DNA from: Chiloscyllium plagiosum
Lineage: Eukaryota
DNA length: 64,000 nt
Assembly (NCBI RefSeq): GCF_004010195.1
Contig: NC_057720.1
Coordinates: 28,399,772 to 28,463,771 of the forward strand
Direction of reading: 5' to 3'
The notes below the pieces were generated by a model. That model worked only from the letters and a program-made list of their open reading frames with translations. It was not told the origin of the DNA and did not search any database. Position numbers and translations under genes: made by a program. Below are positions 13,166-25,834 of this stretch, one piece after another. The first letter of the stretch is position 1. Each line of letters begins with the position of its first letter.

Positions 13166-13714
13166 GTGAGTAAAAATGTCATGGCTATTTGTGAAGCAGA
13201 ATGGATTGTTTAATTTATCTCTCTGGAATGTTGAGAAAATATTTTGTAGTTGACACTGTGTAATTACAGTTCAGAAACTCAGAAGACAAATGTCCAACAC
13301 TGTGCAAAGAAATGGAAGGGTGGTGATTTGCACTACCATTTTGATGTGCAGAAATTCCACAAAGAGGGTACCATGGGGGTTAAGTCACTTGAGTTACTCT
13401 CATGCACCACCTAATGGTCTCTTCAAGTGGCAATAGCAGAGGTTGTCAAAACCAATAAAGGATACTACAAAGCATAGTGACGTGAAAAATAAGCAGAATA
13501 AGCAAAAACAAGCAACCACTAGTCATTTGCTTTGGGTGGGGGGGGGGGGGGGGTGGGTTGGTGTGGTGTAGTGTGAAGGAGGAGGGTTTGAGGGTAATAG
13601 AGTTGCCAGCATAATACGCAATACTTCAATTAGATCTAAGCAAGACCAAGCCATTATGATATGCACAAAAACTATAAAAACCCAAACATACAATATATTG
13701 TGCACTTTGCACAA

Positions 13715-13913
13715 ATAGCACAGCTTCATAAAAGTACAGCTGTTACGATCACTCTGTGTTCACAGTGAGAACATTGGTAGGCTTTACACAGTAGTGATAT
13801 TTCATAACCAGGCAGGCACAAACAATATCACTTTAGACTACAGGAATAGAAATCAACTAATTTGGATAATTGCATGATTTGGGTACCTACTATTCAGAAA
13901 GCTAAAATACTGT
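13715..13913 (+). repeat. 199-bp direct repeat, copy 2
   Basis: Matches 12082-12280. Confidence 0.95.
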
Positions 13914-14154
13914 TTTAAGAAGGGCAACACCAATGCATTCTCCCTAAGCATGATAAGGTTTTTGTTGTAGCTTTTCTTGCCCAAGAAGAAAATTTCCAGG
14001 TTCTCAGCCTGGAAGAGTGGGGAGTTTGGGGACCTGTAAACAAGAATATAATAAATATGAATAAGACGAGACCATATAGCCCCTTGAGACCTTAGTGTTA
14101 TTTAAATAGACAATGGCTGATACCCAACCTGAACTCCAGTTGTAAATATGTAAT

Positions 14155-14975
14155 GTTGGAATTTACAGGGTGCTGTGATTTCTATGCCAGCAGCTAAAAA
14201 AGTTGGCTGGAAGTCTGCCCAAGGAATGAATGACTTCACGACTGTTCATAAACAGTCGGTTTGTCGTTATCGGACTAGAGGCAGGATAAGTTTTCCTCAG
14301 GGATAAGAATTCCCACCCTCAGAAAGCTACTGGCCTATCAGATGGTCCATTGACGTCAGGTAAGAACGGAGACTCCTGCCGGGTTCACAAGCAGTCCCCA
14401 GTGGATATTGTCACTGCATCTGAATAATAAGGTAAATGGGAAGGATTTCATCAGTTTGGCAAGCCTTAATCTATAGGATAGGGTGCTGGGTATGAAAATC
14501 TGGGGAAGGGCAAGGGAGAAATGTGAATCTGTACAGCTGAAGCTGCTTGGCTTCCTACATCGTCAAAAAGTGTGACACTGGAAAAGCACAGCCTGTCAGG
14601 CAGCATCCGAGGAGCAGGCTCGTCATCAGCTTATGCTCAAAACGTCAACTCTCCTGATCCTCAGACACTGCCTGACTGGCAGTGCTTTTCCAGCGCCACA
14701 CTTTTTGGCTCTTATCTCCAGCATCTGCAGTCCTCACTTTCTTCTAGGCTTCCTACATAGCCTGGTCCATAACTGCTGTGGGTAAATTAGGTAGTGAGGG
14801 TGGAATAAGACTATTATGATGCCATTAATAGCTACTTAAAGGGCTCAATGGGCCAAAGGGTACCCGACAATTCCACAGGTTCCTGCAAAGTTTCTTACAG
14901 GTCCAGAGCGGGAGGGAAGGCCACATGCTGGATTTGACAAGTCAACCCTGCCAGCAGTGGAGGTAAAATTCAGAC
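14155..14975. mobile_element. Possible non-autonomous DNA transposon (MITE-like), host of the PLE at 14561
   Basis: Imperfect terminal inverted repeats gttggaatttac and gtaaaattcagac. Internal similarity to 21020-21950. Confidence 0.3.
14561..14746. mobile_element. Palindromic PLE mini-element (family A) with 12-bp TSD
   Basis: TSD ggcttcctacat at 14549-14560 and 14747-14758. Arms caaaaagtgtg...ggagcagg and cctgatcc...cacactttttg. The complete end (ctcactttcttct) is on the right. Confidence 0.85.
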
Positions 14976-15134
14976 CTAAATCCAGAGAGACACTCAAAAA
15001 GGGAAAGACTCAAATTTAGATTCTACAGAACAAAATTTATATGTTTGAAATATGCAAACTGAAATGACAAATAATATATCAAACTTTAAAAAAGCACGAG
15101 AATGATTGAGCAAGCTTAATCTTGTGGATCTTGT

Positions 15135-15445
15135 ATAGAACATAGAACAGTACAGCACAGTACAGGGCCTTCGGCCAACCTTTTATCCTACTCTAAGATC
15201 AAACTAACCTGCATACCCTTCATTTTACTATCACCCATGTGCCTATCCAAGAGTCGCTAAAATGTCCCTAATGTATCTGAGTCTACTACCACAGCTGGCA
15301 GTGCATTCCACGCACCCACCACTCTCTCTGTAAAGAACAGACTTCTGACATCTCCCCTAAACTTTCCTCCAAACACTTTAAAATTATGCCCTTCTTGTGA
15401 TAGCCATTTCTGTTTTGGGAACAAAGTCTCTGACTATTCACTCTA
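15135..15445 (-). mobile_element. CR1 3' fragment
   Basis: atagaacatagaac tail and gcattccacgcacccaccactctc core. Confidence 0.75.
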
Positions 15446-15954
15446 TGTTGAAATTATTCTTTATAAAAACTAATGAAAACCTATTCTGGATTACTAAGGT
15501 ATTACATATGTTGCATCTATGATTGAATAATTTATCACTATGATGGATTTCTTTTTCCCTTTTTAACTTTTCAATTGCTTTTTGAAGACAGGATTGGTTC
15601 AGCTTATATTCAGCATATGCTTTACTCAAAGTTAAATTGAAACATAACAGCATTAGAAGCATAAAATGTACTGGCTGGAAAGCAGACCTTTCTGTCGGTA
15701 TGGTCTGCACTATTTAGTTTAGTTATTAATCTATAAATGATACATCAAAACATTATAAAAATAAGTTAAACAATGTGAAACTTGAACTGGCAGCTTGATA
15801 GAGAGAGAGTTCTGGACTTCGTCGGCAGAATTTGATCCGCCCCACAAGAATAGGCAGGATTCTGGGCTCATTGTAGAATTGGGCAGAAAGGCAGTGGTAG
15901 AGTGACATCACCTTCTTGATGCATTTGTAGGGTGATGTCAAGGACAACCTTCTC

Positions 15955-16746
15955 ACTGATGGAATTCAATGTAGCTAAGTGTGAGGTGATTCACTTTGGG
16001 AAGAATAACAAAAAGATGGGGTACTGGGCTAATGGTCGGATACTTGGTAGTGTGGATGAGCAGAGGGATCTTGGTGTCCATGTACACAGATCTCTGAAAG
16101 TTGCCACCCAGGTAAATAGTGCGGTGAGGAAGGCATATGGCGTACTGGCTTTTATTGGTAGAGGAATTGAGTTCCGGAGTCCTGAGGTCATGATGCAGTT
16201 GTATAAGACTCTGGTGCGGCCGCATCTGGAATATTGTGTGCAGTTTTGGTCGCCATACTATAGGAAGGATGTGGAGGCACTGGAACGGGTGCAGAGGAGG
16301 TTTACCAGGATGTTGCCTGGTATGGAAGGAAGATCGTATGAGGAAAGACTGAGACACTTGGGGCTGTTTTCATTAGAGAAAAGAAGGTTTAGGGGTGACT
16401 TGATTGAGGTGTACAAGATGATTAGGGGGTTAGATAGGGTTGACAGTGTGAACCTTTTCCCGCGTATGGAGTCGGGTATTACAAGGGGGCATAGCTTTAA
16501 ATTAAGGGGGGGTAGATATAGGACTGAAGTTAGGGGTAGGTTCTTCACTCAGCGAGTCGTAAGTTCATGGAATGCCCTGCCAGTAGCAGTGGTGGACTCT
16601 CCCTCTTTATGGGCATTTAAGCGGGCATTGGATAGGTATATGGAGGATAGTGGGTTAGTATAGGTTAGGTGGGCTTGGATCGGCGCAACATCGAGGGCCA
16701 AAGGGCCTGTACTGCGCTGTATTCTTCTATGTTCTATGTTCTATGT
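15955..16746 (+). mobile_element. Young 5'-truncated CR1 LINE (intact RT C-terminal reading frame to 16663)
   Basis: MEFNVAKCEVIHFG...RDLGV...LYKTLVRPHLEYCVQFWSP...WNALP. (GTTCTAT)n tail. Confidence 0.95.
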
Positions 16747-17299
16747 TATGTCTCCCTCCACCACTGACATTTTGCCAATGGAGGGATGCCATCTGCAGGT
16801 TGAGAATTTACCAGTAAAAGCTGATGGCTTCCTTGTGGTGCAGGGCTCCTCCTGATTGGGGCCTCTGTGAAGCATAAATGGCTCTCCGGTAACAGACTCA
16901 TCCTCCCCTCATTAATCGGCCCTCCCTTAACCAAACACTTTCTGGGACCTGCCTGATAAACCTCAACCAGCCCAAAACGTCCCCCCTGTTTTCCAGAGCC
17001 TGCTCCAGATTTACAGCTGCAGCTGAACGCAGTCCCAACATTGGCCACCACTCTGGTTAGTGCTACTGGGTTTAAAGAGCTGCCACTCCTCTGATTGTTA
17101 AACACAATTTTATATGAGTTAGACATGGGCAGCAAATTTTAAAGGCTTCAAGTTAGTAGAGGGTAGAAAATGGGAAGCAAGAGACTGAGTTGAAATAATC
17201 AAGTTTACTGATAACAAAGACATGGATGAGGGTTCCAGCCCATAGATAAACTGAGAAATGGGTGAATCTTTGGTGAATTTCTGCAATGTTCTTTTCAAC

Positions 17300-17645
17300 A
17301 ATATGCACTGCAGACATTCACCAAGGCTTCTAGGATAGCACACTCCAAATTCATGACTGCTAACGTCTAGAATGGCAAGGGCAGTAGATACATGGGCGCA
17401 CCACCACCAAGTTCGCCCCCTCCCAGCAACTCACCATCCAGACTTGGGAATATACCCCCATTCCTTCAGTATTGCTAGGTTAAAATCCTGGAACTTCCTC
17501 TCTTACAGCATTGTGGATGGATCTACACAAAACGGAATGTAGCAGTTCAAGAAGGCAGCTCACCACCACTTCTGAAGGGCAACTAGGGATAGCCAATAAA
17601 TGGTCACCCAGCCAGTGATGCTCACATCCCATGAGTGAATAACAG
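17300..17645 (+). mobile_element. Non-LTR LINE 3' end
   Basis: cagttcaagaaggcagctcaccaccac...aataaatg...cacatcccatga tail, shared with 38700-38945. Confidence 0.65.
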
Positions 17646-18874
17646 AAAAGTCAGGACATGTTATGGAGGTGGACTATTGATGGCATTGGTGTAGGAGGCT
17701 GTTCTCGAGGTCAAATGTATCACCAAGGTTATGCACAGCATTAACCGATATCTAACACTTGACAGACATTGGGATGAATTTGCTTGAACAAGCAGTCAGA
17801 CTATTTGCAGATTGCGGATGGTTCAAGAGAGGTGAAGAAGTGGTAGAGTTGGGTCAACATTCATAATAAGCTCGCACCGAAACAGACTGAATTATCCTCT
17901 CCCTGGAAATCTCTGTGGTTTTAAAGGAGTCCTGCAATATCACTTCACCTCAGGGTTTGGAATAACGTAAAGATGCAAGTGTTTTAATTCTGTTCAAGCA
18001 ATATTTAAAACTGTCATAAATTTTACTATTTAGCACACATCTTTTGCTAATACTGAACATCAGAATATTTTTATGTTTTCAGTATTTTTACTGCAGTTAT
18101 ATTGTTACTTTTTTTAAAGAGACGAAGAAGGGTTTGCAACTCATTCATTCCTCAAACTCCTGCAGTTCCTCTGCTTCACTTTGAATAAAAAAACAGTATT
18201 TTTTTTGTTTCAGTGCACATTCTGTGGCATACTTTGCTGTTGAAATACAGAAAAATTAATTTGTCACTGAATTGTTGTAATGTGAAAAATTTGAGAACAT
18301 TTAGATTATTTTCTGACAGTAAAGATGGCAGTACAGAATACCCAATTTTGGGGGTACATTCAGACCTTTATTTTGATTTGTTTTGAGGTAAATTAATCTT
18401 GATTTATTGTTGGATTGTTTTAATTTAACTTTAATTTCATTCTCAAATTGGAATTAATTAGATTAGATTGATTGGATTTTCAGGTTTATTTGTTTGGATT
18501 TAATTTTAACTGGAATGGTTTGAACTTTTCTTTGGATTTGATTAAATTAGTTTGATTTTCCTTCAATTAGTTATCAGTTAAGGTAAGTTGTATTCGTCGA
18601 GCTTTGATTGTCAGATTTACGTTTTCACGTTAAACTGAACAAAATGAGAAATTAAGGGTCAATTTTTTGATCAAAGAGAAAATTCAGTAAATTTTTATAT
18701 TCCAGATTCTGCATTGGCAGCTTTGGATTTCTGCAGACTTTGAAATTTATGTTCAAGATCCACTGCTTTGATTTTCCTTAGCCTAGTCCATATGATGGAG
18801 CACTCTGCTTTGCAATGTGTTTCTGTCTGAGGTTTTCTGCTTCCTTGAAGATTAATAGTATTCAGGATAATTAG

Positions 18875-19050
18875 AAAACTAAAAGATCGGCAGATGCTAG
18901 AAATTGGAAAGAAAAACAGAAATTGCTGGAAAAGTTCAGCAGGTCTGGCAGCATCTGTGGAGAAAAAGCAGAATTAACATTTCGAGTCCAGTCACCCTTC
19001 TTCAGAACCGTTCTGCTAGATGTGCTGAGTTTTTTCTGCAATTTCTGAAT
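18875..19050. mobile_element. Asymmetric palindromic PLE remnant (family B) with minus-strand HHR motif
   Basis: Minus strand reads GTT-CTGAAGA-A-GGGT(gactgg)ACTC-GAAA-T-GTT-AA. cagaaattgc and gcaatttctg form inverted arms. Confidence 0.75.
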
Positions 19051-21164
19051 TTGTCAGAATAATTATTAGGAGCACTGATGGCAATCTGCAGATACTGATG
19101 GTCTTACTTATCTTCTCTGTTGTACAGGGAATGTAAAAAGAAATAACATTGAGAGAAAATACTGGTGAAAAAGATGTTTTCAGATAATCATATGTCAAAA
19201 ATTAATTCAATACAATTTATTATGTCCACACTGTGAATTTTATCTGAGGAGAGATGGGTGATGATCCTGATGGTGATCTATCAAATCTGCCCATTTATGT
19301 TCACATGGAGTTTCTGCTGGTCTGCAATTTTAAGGCAGAAGAAGTTAGTTGTACTTCTATACAGTGCCACGACTCTAGGAATGCGAAACCCCATTAATCA
19401 TTCCAACGCTAACAGTGCAAGAATGAAATTGCGTCCTGAAGTTTTTACTGGAAGATGGAAGAGAAATAAGAAACTAAAACTGCATCAGGTTCAGAGGGTA
19501 AATCTTAACCTCTTCTGTGTTTATTTAAACATATGGAATCAATGGAAGTAGTAAGGTTTTAGTGGGGCAAAGAATATTGGTCTTTTGATTTACTGAGTGT
19601 CAAAATACAAACGTCCTCAAGAATATGATTATAGAATTCCTGAAGATAAGTTGATATGATTCATTGCTCACCCACAACCTTGGGTCTTGCAAGATTCATG
19701 TTTTAACAGTACTGTTCCACAGCAGTCAATTTTCATAAAGTAACATTTAAAAACTGTTCATTTATTTTTCAAACTGTTACTAATGATATTCATGATAGAA
19801 ATTTCAATCCAGTTTTAAACTGCCAGTACAACGTTCCTTTACTCCTCTTCACCACGTTCCTCCTCTATGTCGCCATTTTGTGAACAGAACAATTTTGAAA
19901 TTCTATTCTCAACTGATCTAAAGGTGACCAAATGTTTATTTCAACAATCCTCATTGTTGCTAAATCCCAAAAATTAAGATCTTAAAGGGAATTATTGAGA
20001 AGACTGTTTTCTCCAACCTGTTTAAATAGGCATGTAACATTACAGATACATTGAGGCAATTGTTATATGTTTACTGAGGTTAAAATGATTTGAAAGTTAG
20101 TTACTTCATACACCCTCTATCTTTCCTTTAGTTGTTTAAGTATGTGTGGAAGATGCACCACTCCTCAGCTAAATACATGCAGAAAACTTTTGTTCAGTCT
20201 CTCACAGTAACAATATTGAGCAGCTCTATGGATGTCCCCTTTGTTATTTTGGGAAATGATTCTCCTTTATTTTGCACATCCTTTCTGATGAAACCACTGA
20301 TTAAAATCTCTCAGCAAAGGGCTACGCGAAGATAGACTTCTATTTCCATCATGCTGTTGTGTAGCCATTGTATGGTTGTATTGTGTAGAAGGTAAATTGA
20401 CATGTTTTGCAGGCATTTCAAATCCTGAAAGAACAAATGAAACCACTTCTTTCTTCTTTGCTGAAATTTGTTTCAGAATGATATCATCAATCTAATGCAT
20501 CACCAATTTACTGACCTTCCTTGTCATTAGTCAACATCAGTGAATGAAATGGAATGGAGCATTTCAGACAGTCTTATCTTTAAGCAGATCAGAAGTTTAG
20601 GAATGGTCTGACCCATTATGGATCATTTTACACAATTTGTCACTGTGCACAATACCTTGAGCAGGCCACAATTAGGTTGAGTAAAGTAGAAAGATTGGAG
20701 TTGCCAATACATTATAAAACTAAATTAGTAAGTTATTGACAGAAAAGACAAATAATAGTGGATTATTTGCTGAACTGTAATACTCAAAAGCATAGCAAGG
20801 TAGGGCATCACACTGGACTTCCAAGACACTCTCCTGCAGTATATTGTAGTCAGTTCTTTGTCTTTGTTTTCTATACTTTGAGTTTTCAATTTTATCTGTA
20901 TCACATAACTATACATTCAGTAGAGGCTGTGTAATTTCCTGTGCTAGCTAGGATCTGGGTAGAAACCACTTAAAATCACTTTATATGGCATCAGTTTACA
21001 TGCGACTGTTCTGTTCAGTTGAAAATGGAATTTATTTTTGTCTGGGAATGGAAGACAGGCATCTTTAAGTGTATGTAATTCCCCCACCCTACCAGTGAAA
21101 ATAAACCTGCCAAATCAAGTGCCAGTCAGGTACTTAAGTATTGACCAGTACATTTCTTGACCTA

Positions 21165-21384
21165 AACAAAAAAAAATCCACACTGGAAACCCAAAACAAA
21201 AACATAAATTGTATAGAAACTCAGTAGGTCTGGCAGCATCTGTGAAGAAAAAGTAGACTTAACATTTCGGATCCAGTAACCCTCCTTCAGAACTACAAAG
21301 CTGGATCCAAAGTGTTAACTCTGCTCTCCCTGCACAGATGATGCTGTTACACCTGCTGAGTTTCTGAGCAATTCCTGTTTAAGC
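21165..21384. mobile_element. Palindromic PLE mini-element (family B) with 11-bp TSD
   Basis: TSD ttcttgaccta at 21154-21164 and 21385-21395. Arms agaaactcag...ggatccag and ctggatcc...ctgagtttct. Confidence 0.8.
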
Positions 21385-24291
21385 TTCTTGACCTATCCAG
21401 TGCTATAGGCAAAAGGTGCTGAAGCCTGCCTGAAGCTGTTAATCAATCTGGCAATCACTCAGAGCTGGAGGCCTAATCTGCTCAGCTATAAAGACCGGCG
21501 ATGGCATAAAGGTAAGCCATTTATTGGGAGCAGAGACCACAGGGTGGGGTCGCATGGAGCAGTGATGGGGGATGGAGCCAAGGTCAAAGGGGTGACATCC
21601 TGAATCTATTCCCCCAATCAACCCAAATTAAGAAAAGTAGAAGATCACAGCCCCACAACCCAACAGTTAGGCCACCCTGCTTTCCCCATCTGGAAGACAG
21701 CTACTTTTGTCTTCTGCCAGCAAAAAGTAGGTAATTAGCATGATGGCAGGTGATGTTCTGAAGGATCTTTAAATAACCACTTAAGGGCCTTAAATTGATG
21801 GTGTGTTGGAATGTTGACCGTAGACCTTCTTGTCAAGAATTCAATTGCTGAGGTGGCAGGAAGGGAGCAGGTATTTCTTACATGTCATGCTCCAGATTAT
21901 TTGCCCTTACTCCCCTCTCTCTCTTTTCTAAGGAGTGGAAAATCCAGCATAAAGTGTGCTTATGGATTATATGAAATGTTAAATGGGGCACTTAATGCAA
22001 GATATTCTATTTCAGTCAAGAATGCTACCCACTAGATATAGGAAGTTAGGTTTTCATGTAAGACTTTATAGTGTTTGTTTATTTTGCAATATATGATGAA
22101 TATTATATTTATGCATGTGTATTTTATATCTGAGAGAACACAGATCAACAACAGCACAGATAGGGTTAATCCAAAGAAGCTGATTCCTAGAACTGCACTC
22201 GCAGTTGTGTATGCTGGGAGCTCTTGCTAAAATCCTAACTTTGGACAGCATGTAAGTAGGAATTCAGCAGTAATCTATAATAGAATTGCTTGGAGGAAGT
22301 AGTGATGAGATTAGTTAATATTGCTTAAGTATTGGCTTTTGATTCTCACTTTTCAAAAATGTATCTCAATGAAGGAATCTGATCATTGTGGATTCGCTAA
22401 TTGCACTTAGCTGTCAACATAACTTTCATAATTTGTAAGAAGTGGGGGTGGGGGGGAGAGTTGTTGCAGTTCAGGTCAATGCCCACCACTTTTCTTGTAC
22501 AGTGTAATTTTCATAACTAGACTAAGACCTAAATTATCTTAATATTTTCCCTTTTTCAGTCTGGTTGGATGAAATTACTGGAGATAAAATATCCAATAAG
22601 ACATTGTCCAGAGCATTATTATCCAAAGTACTTGAATGATGCTATCTGTTATCTATCTTGAATTGAAGCATTCAGGATTGCCAGGTAGCTGTCAATAAGC
22701 AGAAATACATTTAAAGGATCGGTCTGAGAATTTGATAGCTTCTGCTTTGATGCAGAGTGAGTACATGATTTAGTTTATGCCTTGCCAATCTAAAATTTGT
22801 TGAGAAATTCAGCATAACTCGTAGTGCGATGGTCTTCTCACTGTTTACATCTTTAAACAATTAACAAGAGATTTTCCTAAAGTGATAGAAGTTATATGAT
22901 GAGAAAAAACAGTTTATCAGGCAACGTTGGAGATCTCTGGGGTCTATCTCGAGGCATCCTTGTCTCTTTATTTACAGACCAAGGTGGTGATACCTCAACC
23001 TCACCAGAATTTAATAGGGCCAGGATTTTCTTGTGAGAAACAAAGAAGCTGTGCCAGTTGTTTCCTATGGGTCTAGATGCCACCTCTAACAGAGAAACCA
23101 TTATGCAAGTGACAGTCACTATGGCACTCAACTTTGTTGTGTACTGGTCCCTTTAAATGGCACTTGGGTTCTACAGTACAGGTTTACTTCTGCAGAACAT
23201 ATATAACGCCACCTAATTTACTGTGTATTAAGTGAAATGAATGGTGAGTGATGTTACACAGGGGAAGGTGAATAGTTTTTCTTGGAGGGGTGTCTTGGAA
23301 ACAGCAAGAATGATAAGTGTCACAACTCGCTTGGGAAAGTGCATTGATTGTCATGCTTCACTGTTCCCAGGGTTGCTACAAAAGGTGGTGCTTTAATCAA
23401 TGTATGCAGAGTCCTTAATTTACCTAACTGTAGGAACCACATTAACAAAGAACGCTGACCAGATTCCAGTATTTAACAAGAATTACTATTTGTTACAGAT
23501 AAGTAACTTCTAATTGCAAGTAAATAGCTATGAGCTATCAACATATCGCTCTACTAGTTAAAACTCTAACTGCCTTTTAATATTCATATTTGTATGTACC
23601 TACATATAACACACATACAGACAAACAAAAAATGATGGTTCTGTACCTGGAGGAAAATAAACTGGGAAATACAGTTCAATACAGTCTACAGAATTTGTTG
23701 AAATAATCCTTTTGGTTTTCCAGGTCTTCTTGTTCTACAATCTCCTTTCTCGGTTCTTTCACTTCTTCGAAGGAGGCAAGGGAGAATACTATGCTAATAA
23801 CAAAGTCCCTTCATTACTGGTCAAAGAGAAAACTTACGGTGACTGGTGTGCAAAACTAACTGGCTTTCTTCAGGCTTGAGGGAATTTTTACTGCCCAGAA
23901 AAAAATCACACAATCTGCACTTTTAGCATTTCGAAGTCTTCTCCCTGTACCATTCACAGTGGCAAGCTGTTGTACTGCCCCAGAACCAATCCTAGAGTTG
24001 TCACCAGAATGATTATGTTTGGCATCCATGACTGGTCACAATTTCACAAATCAATCAGCTACCTGTTGCCTGCCAAATCTCACTCTGCACATGCATCCTG
24101 GTGCTGTGCCACCGACAAATGTCTTACACTACCCACCCCCACAACCCCCACCCCCACTGCCACTGGTGGAACAAAGTAGCAATGAACGCACCACATACAC
24201 TGAGTTTCAATAACTTGTTTTTAAAAGTGCAGCAATCTTTTCTATAAATATTAGTTATAAAACAGTCCTTGTTCTATTTTAGTCCACAATC

Positions 24292-24995
24292 ATAGAAACA
24301 GAGAAAATAGTTGCATGAGTAGACCATTAGGCCCATCAAGCCTGCACCACCATTCAATATGATCATGGCTGATCATACAGTTTCAGTATCCCATTGCTGC
24401 TTTTTCTGCATACCCATTGATCCCTTTAGCCTCAAGGGCCATGTCCAGCTCCATGTTGAATACATCTAATGAACTGCTCCCAGCAGCTTTCTGTGGGAGA
24501 GAATTCCACAGGTTCACAACACTGAGTAAAGAAATTCTTCCTTATTCTTAGTCTTGAATGCCTTTCTCTTTCTGCTTTGACTATGATCCCTAGTTCTGTA
24601 CTTCCCTAACGTCAGGAACATTCTTCCCACATCTAGCCTGTCCATAGCCATCAGGGTCTTGTATGTTTCTTAGAGATGCCGCCTCATTCCTCTAAATTCC
24701 AGTGAGTATGAGCCCAGACAGTCCAGTCTTTCCTTATATTGTCAGTCCTGTCACCCTGGGAATCAGTCTGGTTAACCTTCACTGGACTCCCTCAATAGCA
24801 AGAATATCCTTCCTAAGACTAGGGGACCAAAAGTGCGCACAATTCTCAAGGTGTGGCCCCACAAAGACCCTGTATATCTGCAGCAATACATCCTTACTCC
24901 AGTACTCAAATCCACTCGCAATGAAGACCAGCATGTCATTAGCTTTCCTCACCGCCTTCTCCACCTGCATGCCTACCTTCAGCTTCTGTTGCACC
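24292..24995 (-). mobile_element. CR1 LINE 3' part
   Basis: ORF LKVGMQVEKAVRKAN...LLQIYRVFVGPHLENCAHFWSP. Confidence 0.88.
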
Positions 24996-25595
24996 ATCCA
25001 AAATACAGTAAGTAAGATTATTCAGTCTTTACAGAATTGAGCTTACATGGTGGGGAGAAGGAATGAATGTGGTTACAGAGGAGTGTGAACCACAAGGCAA
25101 AGTATTCCACCTCTTGATAACCTCATTCACCCCATTGGGCCTCTTAAATTCACCTACTTCAGTGCTGCATTTGAGTGTTGAATTAATTGTTCACTTGCTG
25201 GTAACTCTGGAATGAAGCTTAAACCCATAGCCAAACCTTCCATTTCATTTGAGATATTCACCGCCATAGATTAACCCAGTGACTTCATCTATCCGACTAA
25301 TCACCAGAACTCTTGGAACTGTGTCCCAGTAATAGCTCACGTGTTCAGAAGATGAAGAGAAGGAAAATTAGTTACTGAACAAAAACCAGAATGTATATGG
25401 AATTGCATAGTATTTAAAATTTTGCAGGTGCTCAGTAGGGTAAAGGTGGTGAAATTGTTACTACCTTTCACAAATCCAAATCTAGGCTTCATAAAGATGT
25501 AGGAGAAAGTGAGGACTGCAGATGCTAGGGATCAGAGCTTAAAAATGTGTTGCTGGAAAAGCGCAGCAGGTCAGGCAGCATCAAAGGAGAAGGAG

Positions 25596-25631
25596 AATCG
25601 ACGTTTCGGGCATAAGCCCTTCTTCAGGAAT
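25596..25631 (-). ncRNA. Minimal hammerhead ribozyme motif in the PLE terminal repeat
   Basis: Minus strand reads ATTC-CTGAAGA-A-GGGC(TTAT)GCCC-GAAA-C-GTC-GATT. Confidence 0.75.
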
Positions 25632-25834
25632 GAGGAGGGTGTGCCAAGCAGGCTAAGATAAAAGGTAGGGAGGAGGGACTTGGGGGAGGGGCGTTGGGAA
25701 TGCGATAGGTGGAAGGAGGTTAAGGTGAGGGTGATAAGCCGGAGAGGGGGTGGGGGCGGAGAGGTCAGGAAGAAGATTGCAGGTCAAGAAGACGGTGCTG
25801 AGTCCGGGGGTTGGGGCTGAGAAAAAGTGGGGCA

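Noticed and set aside
12959..13213. 84-aa ORF as a stand-alone gene (likewise 35207-35404)
   Set aside because: Only the spliced 147-bp cores match ST3GAL3. The flanks are intron read-through.
13533..13570. Poly-G tract / G-quadruplex
   Set aside because: Simple homopolymer with no evidence of function and uncertain length.
23318..24290. Possible solo LTR beginning TGTCACAA
   Set aside because: Could not define the other end or a TSD.
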